A stretch of DNA of 41,614 nucleotides from NCBI GenBank assembly GCA_040880385.1, contig JBBDIN010000048.1, positions 1 through 41,614 of the forward strand, given 5' to 3'. The notes beneath the pieces are model-generated. The model worked only from the letters and a program-made list of their open reading frames with translations, did no database searches and was not told the DNA's origin. The position numbers were made by a program, and so were the translations under genes. Shown here one piece after another: positions 35,166-41,614 of this stretch; the first letter of the stretch is position 1; every line of letters starts with the position of its first letter. This stretch comes from Thermodesulfobacteriota bacterium. GTDB taxonomy: Bacteria; Desulfobacterota_D; UBA1144; Nemesobacterales; UBA2774.

Positions 35166-36548
35166 TTACCAACTAGCAATTTCTTTTTTGGCAAGTTTGA
35201 TCATTTTAACTACGTTTTTCTTGGCGGTGCCGCCGTGAGATTTCCTGCTCTCAATAGATCCATCTAATGTAATAAAGTTATAGAGGTCTTCTTCAAAAAG
35301 CTTGGAAAATTTCCGGAATTCTGAAATACCAAGATCCATAAGTTCAAGACCCTTTTCTTCAGCGTAGCTAACAATGTTCCCGGTAACTTCATGTGATTGT
35401 CTAAACGGCAGCCCTTTTCGGCTTAGATAATCGGCAACATCGGTAGCTGTGATAAACCCTTCATTTAGAGCCTTTTTCATATTATCATGTTTAAATTTGA
35501 TCGAGTTTAACATCTCGGAAAGTACTTCCAGACATGCCTTTACCGTATCCACAGTATCAAACATTGGCTCCTTATCTTCCTGCATGTCGCGGTTGTATGA
35601 AAATGGCAGGCCTTTCATTATAGTTAGAATCGCTACCTGATTACCATATACTCTTCCTGTTTTCCCGCGGATTAGCTCTGCCATATCAGGGTTTCTTTTC
35701 TGAGGCATAATGCTTGAGCCGGTAGTGAACTCATCTCCCAGATCGACAAAGTCGAATTCCTTAGTAGACCAGAGGACGAACTCTTCTGAAATTCTACTGA
35801 GGTGCATCATTAAGGTTGCGGAAGTGGATATAAATTCTATGATAAAGTCTCTGTCACTGACAGTATCAATACTGTTGTCTGTAACGCCCGGAAAATCTAA
35901 TAGCTTAGCTACAAGCTTCCGGTTAATTGGGAAAGTTGTTCCAGCCCCAGCCCCGGCTCCAAGTGGCATAACGTTTACTCTCTTTAAGCAATCTATATAG
36001 CGCGCCCGGTCGCGTTTTAACATTTCGTATAGAGCCATTAATTGGTGGGACAGAAGTATCGGCTGCCCTCTCTGAATATGAGTATATAGAGGGATCATGG
36101 CATCAATATTCTCCTCAGATAATTCGACCAAACGCCCCGAAATTATCTCGATAAGAGTTGTGATTTCCACTATTTCTTTTCTAAGGTAAAGACGCATATC
36201 AAGCGCAATCTGGTCGTTCCTGCTCCGTGCGGTATGAATTTTTCCGCCAACGTCCCCAATTTTTTCAATTAATCGTTTCTCAATATTAAGATGGATATCC
36301 TCAAACTCTACGCTAAATGGAAACTACCCCGCTTTGATATCGTTTTCTATTTGCTTAAGACCTTTTATGATTTTATCAGCCTCTTTTTTTAATATAATCC
36401 CTTCGTTAGCAAGCATTGTCGCATGCGCAATGCTTCCTTCAATGTCCTCTTTGTAAAGCCTCTGATCAAAGTCGATTGATGCCGAAAATTTCTCAGCTAC
36501 TTTATGTGTACCTTTTTTGAATCTTCCGGCCCATGGTTTTTTTATCAA
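35166..36548 (-). pseudogene. argH: Argininosuccinate lyase gene with one in-frame TAG at codon 75
   Basis: ORFs 36324..36548 and 35166..36197 plus the gap between them form one frame of 460 codons. It reads MIKKPWAGRFKKG...IKAG-TAG(36324-36326)-FPFSVEFEDIHLNIEKRLIEKIGDVGGKIHTARSRNDQIALDMRLYLR..., with the GSSIMPQKRNP signature downstream. Confidence 0.85.
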
Positions 36549-36692
36549 TTTAAATCTCCTGTTAATCCCAATATATTACCAAGCTTTTCCAGATGATAGT
36601 AATTTTGCCTATTAAAACTTTATCATGTAGGAAGAATATATATAAGGGCACAGGATAAAAAGCGTTGATTTTTATATTGAAATATTCTTAGT

Positions 36693-37154
36693 CTAAAGAG
36701 ACTTTAAAGCCGAAAGTGCTTCTTTGACATGTCCTTTATAGTTTAATTGGGAGGAGAATATATGGCGGACTATTCCTTTTTTATCAATAACATATGTGAC
36801 CCTGCCCGGAACTATTCTGAGTGTTTTGGGCACCCCGTATTCTCTTCTAACATCATCATCGGGATCACTTAATAATGTGAAGGGTAGGTTGTTAGCTTCA
36901 GCAAACTCTTTGTGAGAATCTATAGAATCCGAACTAATTCCTATTAGTTCAGCATCGTAAATATTTTTGAATTCATCGAAGTTATCTCTGAAGTGACATA
37001 CTTCTTTAGTGCATAGCATAGTGTTGTTTTTAGGATAGAAAAATAGAACTATTGGTTTTTTGCCAATGTAATCTTGAAGCTCTACAGCCTCATCCTTCTC
37101 GGAAAAAAGTGCGAAGTTTGGAGCCAAATCACCTACTTTTACAGATTCTGCCAT
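36693..37154 (-). CDS. bcp: Peroxiredoxin, Bcp type (AhpC/TSA family)
   Basis: GKKPIVLFFYPKNNTMLCTKEVCHFRD matches the PxxxT/SxxC active site with the second Cys five residues later. 153 aa. Confidence 0.85.
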   Translation of the reverse strand: MAESVKVGDLAPNFALFSEKDEAVELQDYIGKKPIVLFFYPKNNTMLCTKEVCHFRDNFDEFKNIYDAELIGISSDSIDSHKEFAEANNLPFTLLSDPDDDVRREYGVPKTLRIVPGRVTYVIDKKGIVRHIFSSQLNYKGHVKEALSALKSL

Positions 37155-37476
37155 TGCCGTATTCTCCAGATTTTTAATCTCTTATGAGTTAAGATACCTT
37201 AAAATTCAATTTAGCTTAGTGTGATTATTATATGTGTTGATTCTGAGTGAATAGTTATCAGCTCATCCCTTAATTCTTTAAGGTTTTGCGCGAGAACGCC
37301 AGTTGCAATATTTAGTATTGCACAGTCTTTTAGATACAAAGGCTGTATATTTTTGTTTTTAGAAGTCATAATTAGAGACGTAAGTATAGAGTCTTTTCTC
37401 CAATACTCAATTGTTTATTTGAATGTTTATTTGAAAAGATTTTTTGATCGGCAAATTTCTTTTAGGAGACAATATT

Positions 37477-37983
37477 ATGGATGTTTTTAAGTGTGTTTCT
37501 ACATTGAGCTCAATTAGAAGCTATATAAAAAAAGAAGTGCCCGAAGAAGTCATTATGGAAGTGCTAGAAGCGGGAAGGTTAGCCCCGAGCGCTCATAACG
37601 ATCAGCCATGGCAGTTTATTCTGATAAGAGATAAAGCCAAACTGAATGATATGACAAAATATTGCATCAGCGGTAGTTTTATCTCCCAAGTTGATTTTGC
37701 AGTTGTTGTTGTAACTGATCCCTCTTCAAAATGGCATGAGATAGACAGCACGAGAGCAGTTCAGAATATGGCTTTAACGGCTTGGAGCAATAAACTCGGT
37801 ACATGCTGGATCGGGAGACTTGAAAAAAAGGGTCTTATGGATTATTTAAACATTCCTCAGAATCTGAATATTCTGACAGTGCTTCCTTTCGGTTATTTTG
37901 ATGAAAGATTAATAAATTCCGATAAGTTCAGAAAGGACCCAGAACAAGTATTCCATCTCGACAGTTTTGGTAATAGATTATAA
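37477..37983 (+). CDS. Nitroreductase-family protein
   Basis: AGGAGA lies 8 nt before the ATG at 37477. RSYIKKEVPEEVIMEVLEAGRLAPSAHNDQPWQFILI is the family N-terminal motif. Confidence 0.85.
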   Translation: MDVFKCVSTLSSIRSYIKKEVPEEVIMEVLEAGRLAPSAHNDQPWQFILIRDKAKLNDMTKYCISGSFISQVDFAVVVVTDPSSKWHEIDSTRAVQNMALTAWSNKLGTCWIGRLEKKGLMDYLNIPQNLNILTVLPFGYFDERLINSDKFRKDPEQVFHLDSFGNRL

Positions 37984-38079
37984 ATCTGTTTCTTTTCTAT
38001 ATGAAAGGTGATGATTTACCGCAATCCGTGATTATTATATCTACTAAATGCATCCCAACTTACTTCAGAGGTTAAATAA

Positions 38080-38946
38080 ATGGATCAGTTATTGGAAAAG
38101 ATAAAGAATTTTCTCCCGCAGGTAACGGATACGCTCGCTCTTGATGTGGTTACTACAGTACTCCTTCTTTTGGGAGTCATTCTATTCAAAACTATACTAG
38201 TTTGGATACTCTCTTCCCAAACACGCCTTCCTTTTGAGATAAGAAAAAGACGGGCTATTTATATAAGAAACATAATGATTTTAATTTTTATAGTGGGTGT
38301 GATTTTCATCTGGTCAAAGGAAATACATACTTTTGCAATCTCATTTGTGGCGTTAGCTTTTGCTATAGTATTCGCCTTTAAGGAAGTTATATCCAGCGCT
38401 AATTGGGAAATCTTCAGATCTGCCACCAATGCCTACACAGTGGGCGATTATATAGAAATTAACGGTATGAGGGGGGTTGTTCTCGACCATAACTTTTTAT
38501 CGACTACAATACAAGAACTTGGACCGGGTAAGAGATCAAACCAGTTCTCTGGCCGCTCAATAACAATTCCGAACAGTACTTTTCTTGTATCGCCCTTGAT
38601 TAACGAGTCATATATGAAGGATTACATTCTTCATACCTTGACGATTCCCATGTCGGCTGATGACAATTGGGAGAAAGCGGAAGAGATCTTACTAGAAGCC
38701 GCTAATAAAGAGTGTGAAGACTATCTGGAAAGTGCCCGAAAGCATTTTGACTCTCTTAGCTACAAGCTTAACTTAGGTCTTTCAGCAGTAGAGCCGATCG
38801 TAGCTATTGAAATTCCTGAGCCCAATAAAATTAACCTTATATTGAGGTTCCCGACGCCGTTTGCAAGAAAGTGGGTGAGAGAGCAGGCAATATTAAAAAG
38901 TTTTCTGAGACAATATAAATCAAACAAGCAGGTTGAATCGGAATAA
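38080..38946 (+). CDS. MscS-family mechanosensitive channel
   Basis: Three N-terminal TM helices are followed by YTVGDYIEINGMRGVVLDHNFLSTTIQE (the MscS beta-domain pattern). Confidence 0.75.
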   Translation: MDQLLEKIKNFLPQVTDTLALDVVTTVLLLLGVILFKTILVWILSSQTRLPFEIRKRRAIYIRNIMILIFIVGVIFIWSKEIHTFAISFVALAFAIVFAFKEVISSANWEIFRSATNAYTVGDYIEINGMRGVVLDHNFLSTTIQELGPGKRSNQFSGRSITIPNSTFLVSPLINESYMKDYILHTLTIPMSADDNWEKAEEILLEAANKECEDYLESARKHFDSLSYKLNLGLSAVEPIVAIEIPEPNKINLILRFPTPFARKWVREQAILKSFLRQYKSNKQVESE

Positions 38947-38953
38947 AAAGTAC

Positions 38954-39853
38954 TTAACTTTTTTGATAATCTAATAGTCTAAACTGCGGTATATATGAGT
39001 TCTTATCTCCACAGCTCTTAATGATTTTTACGGCATTTTCATCCTTTCTCAGCTTGATTTTATGCATTGCCTCATCAGATTTTGCGAAGAACTTGATCTT
39101 GAATTTCTTATCGTTCTTTTTCGAGCTTTTATAGATCAATTCTGAAATTTCCGATATGCCGGTTTCTTTTCTCAGATAATACTCTGCCGCCTGCACTTCG
39201 CTTGTGTGACAGGAGCGTCCTCGGTAGCTTGAAATATTTATATTCCCACTCTCGCATTGTGTAATCAACTCCTCAGCGACCTTGCCCTCTCTAATGCGGC
39301 CGTATACCAAACCATGTGGGAGGCATACAAAGGTTGAAGCGAATCTGTGTCCACCAATATGGTTAGCTTCCCAAGTCCGAGATCCGTATTTGCCCTTAGC
39401 CATATCCAGATATACAGGCATGCCAAATTTGCCGCAGCAAGTGTCATATTCTCCGTTAGTGCAAATGATATATATTTTTTCTTGAGACAGATTTTCGTTA
39501 GATTTTAGAATTTTCTTTATTTTTAGCGAAAGTAAGTCCTCGTAATCGTTAATACTAAATTCGTACAGCCTTGGATTTGCTTCATCGGATACTGCTACAT
39601 AAAACTTAAGATCGTTGTCGGAGTTTTCCTGTTTTTTAATAAGTTGCAGGCGCGAATTGGATACTGATTTAAGCTCTTTATTAAGATGGGCTTTTACAGA
39701 TTTTGGTATTTTGCTGTCTTTAAATGCGCTACCCGACCAGTGCCCTCTGTACTCAAGCATAATCCAGACATCCACCCTGGGCGCTGTCCCATACATCTCC
39801 TCATTTGCATTAAGCGAGCTTTCGAAACAAAGTATCTTGTTTTTAATTGGCAT
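38954..39853 (-). CDS. Sucrase/ferredoxin-like (Suc_Fer-like, thioredoxin-like [2Fe-2S]) family protein
   Basis: IYIICTNGEYDTCCGKFG and ANHIGGHRFA match the family Cys cluster and GGH+FA motifs. Confidence 0.65.
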   Translation of the reverse strand: MPIKNKILCFESSLNANEEMYGTAPRVDVWIMLEYRGHWSGSAFKDSKIPKSVKAHLNKELKSVSNSRLQLIKKQENSDNDLKFYVAVSDEANPRLYEFSINDYEDLLSLKIKKILKSNENLSQEKIYIICTNGEYDTCCGKFGMPVYLDMAKGKYGSRTWEANHIGGHRFASTFVCLPHGLVYGRIREGKVAEELITQCESGNINISSYRGRSCHTSEVQAAEYYLRKETGISEISELIYKSSKKNDKKFKIKFFAKSDEAMHKIKLRKDENAVKIIKSCGDKNSYIPQFRLLDYQKS

Positions 39854-39932
39854 ATTCTAATATTGTTGTTTAGTCTTTCGGCACTTAGTAGTATTTATTA
39901 AGGTGCAAATTATACCATGAAAAGGAATAAAC

Positions 39933-40892
39933 ATGAGTGATAAAGCAATTGGAATAGATATTGGTGGCACGAATCTAAGAGGCGCTCTGGTAGATAGTGA
40001 GGGGAATATACATAAAAGGATGAAAATTTTATCCCAAGCTGATCAGGGAATAGATAAACTCATCGATAATCTTGCTAATTTTATTGCTGATATTAGCAAA
40101 GGGGAGAAAGTAACCAATATAGGAGTAGGGATTCCGGGAATTATAGATTCTAAAAATGGGATAATTACTCAAGCTCCAAATATATCAAACGTTGATAACT
40201 ACCCCTTAAGATCGGTGCTCAAAGAAAAGTTAGGACCTGATTTGAACATTGTTATAGAGAACGACTCGAATAGCGCGGCCTTGGGTGAGTGGTGGATTGG
40301 GGCATCAAAAGATGTAAATTCCATGATAATGCTTACTATGGGCACTGGTGTAGGGGGAGGGATTATTTTAGACGGCAATCTTTGGACCGGGGCTGATGGT
40401 ATGGCGGGCGAAATAGGTCACATGACGATCTATCCTGATGGTGCCCGGTGTAACTGCGGGAACTATGGCTGTCTTGAGAGCTATGCTTCAGCTACAGCGA
40501 TTAGAAGGATGGTAAAAGAGGGACTTCAAGATGGGAACTTAAATACAGTCTTGAGAGAAACTACTGAAAATGTGCATATTGAAGATATACCCAGGATTGT
40601 CATGGAAGCTGCAAGTTCAGGTGAGGAGTTCTCACTCAAAATTTGGAAAGAAGTTGGAGTAGCTTTGGGTATCGCGATCGCGAGCCTAGTCAATCTATTA
40701 AATATAGAGATGGTTGTTATAGGGGGCGGGGTTTCAAACGCTTGGGATTTATTTATAGATACCACTTACAAAGAAGCTCATAAAAGGGCGTTTCGCGCAC
40801 CTATGGAAAGGGCAAAAATCGAAAGGGGACTACTCAGAGATGACGCGGGGATCTTGGGATCGGCATATTTAGTTCTGCACAGTAGCAGTTAG
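39933..40892 (+). CDS. ROK-family glucokinase
   Basis: AIGIDIGGTNLRGALVD (ATP-binding), ENDSNSAALGE and the zinc motif CNCGNYGCLESYAS. Confidence 0.85.
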   Translation: MSDKAIGIDIGGTNLRGALVDSEGNIHKRMKILSQADQGIDKLIDNLANFIADISKGEKVTNIGVGIPGIIDSKNGIITQAPNISNVDNYPLRSVLKEKLGPDLNIVIENDSNSAALGEWWIGASKDVNSMIMLTMGTGVGGGIILDGNLWTGADGMAGEIGHMTIYPDGARCNCGNYGCLESYASATAIRRMVKEGLQDGNLNTVLRETTENVHIEDIPRIVMEAASSGEEFSLKIWKEVGVALGIAIASLVNLLNIEMVVIGGGVSNAWDLFIDTTYKEAHKRAFRAPMERAKIERGLLRDDAGILGSAYLVLHSSS

Positions 40893-40900
40893 AAAGGGTT

Positions 40901-41614
40901 TTAAGACCATCTTGGTCTGAGAAGCTTCATCATTAGTACTTCGTTTTTCTTTTCTTTAACTTTAAATCTATCATCAATCCTAATACCGCCAAGCCACATT
41001 ATCTCGCCCTTAGATATGAAAATCGGTACTCTCGATCTTAGAAACTGAGGCAATTTAATATCTGTAAAATAGTCCTGCAGCTTCTTGGACGAAGTCATGC
41101 CTAAAGGGGAAAACCGGTCGCCAGGTTTAAAATTTCTGGCTTCTATTGGGAAATCAATAGATTCAGTGTCAAAATATGCCACACTTTCATTGTTTTCATC
41201 GAGGGTGTCTGTTTTAAGAATCGAGACCTCAACCTCAAACTCTGGGAAGCTCCATTTCCCGGGAGATTGAATGCTATATTTGAATTCATGTTCCAGCTCA
41301 GACTTCTTGGTAATCAGAATCGTGTCATAACCCTTAACAATTACAATACCTTCTGGAATCTCAACTTCTCCGGACGTAGAATCGGATAACAAAAAATCAT
41401 CTGTAGCGGTGATATGGATGGATGAAATATTTTTCAGACTTTTGGCAATTTTTTCTACCGCAAGCCTAAGTAATGAGAATCTTAATGATTTATCAATGGT
41501 TCTATAATGTTTTAAATTCCCGATCAGCTCTGATTTATTAGTACTGAATGTTTCTCCAAAATGCTTAAGTGCTTGCTTTGAGATAAACTCTTCTTCAGAT
41601 CTTAATATGTCGGC
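40901..41614 (-). CDS. tilS: tRNA(Ile)-lysidine synthetase, C-terminal part (5' end beyond the window)
   Basis: The frame is open to nt 41614. The C-terminal domain reads FKPGDRFSPLGMTSSKKLQDYFTDIKLPQFLRSRVPIFISKGEIMWLGGIRIDDRFKV. Confidence 0.8.
   Translation of the reverse strand, partial: ADILRSEEEFISKQALKHFGETFSTNKSELIGNLKHYRTIDKSLRFSLLRLAVEKIAKSLKNISSIHITATDDFLLSDSTSGEVEIPEGIVIVKGYDTILITKKSELEHEFKYSIQSPGKWSFPEFEVEVSILKTDTLDENNESVAYFDTESIDFPIEARNFKPGDRFSPLGMTSSKKLQDYFTDIKLPQFLRSRVPIFISKGEIMWLGGIRIDDRFKVKEKKNEVLMMKLLRPRWS

Noticed and set aside
36324-36326. The in-frame TAG in argH as pyrrolysine or a reassigned amber codon
   Set aside because: TAG is the terminal stop of several well-delimited genes here (BON, DUF2254, SCO1, oxidase, haem lipoprotein, PPOX). 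No pyl genes or suppressor tRNA are visible in the window. The question cannot be settled without the whole genome.

Overview
AT-rich bacterial chromosomal window. I found no rRNA, tRNA or CRISPR array. All family calls come from reading motifs in the supplied translations; no similarity search was run. The window has two parts. (1) nt ~440-26550 is an accessory, compositionally mosaic region bracketed by a pair of long imperfect inverted repeats (461-547 and 26432-26518). It opens with an intact large serine recombinase (658-2511). It then carries a protein with RNxxxH (HEPN-like) motifs, an XRE regulator, and a run of small general-stress-type proteins (GlsB fragment, BON lipoprotein, CsbD, DUF1328). 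Further genes are an SGNH lipoprotein, a frameshifted DUF2254 gene and a decayed second serine-recombinase fragment. Next is a copper/haem redox cluster: cupredoxin lipoprotein, SCO1, Tat-exported multicopper oxidase, and a CXXCH lipoprotein with a possible beta-propeller-type C-terminal region. This cluster sits beside a PAS/GAF histidine kinase and a LuxR-type response regulator. The region ends with a plasmid-like module (Rep-like double winged-helix protein, DUF3102 protein, small ORF) next to an ~870 nt AT-rich non-coding stretch. (2) nt ~26650-41614 holds housekeeping and redox-homeostasis genes: MBL-fold hydrolase, purB, DsbA-like protein, RDD protein, gshA-like ligase, clcA, Xi-class GST, PPOX-family gene, argH, bcp, nitroreductase, MscS-type channel, Suc_Fer-like protein, ROK glucokinase and tilS. 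argH and the adjacent PPOX-family gene each carry one in-frame stop codon (TAG and TGA), with conserved protein sequence continuing in the same frame. The most interesting signal is the inverted-repeat pair, which suggests a candidate ~26 kb recombinase-associated mobile or invertible island.
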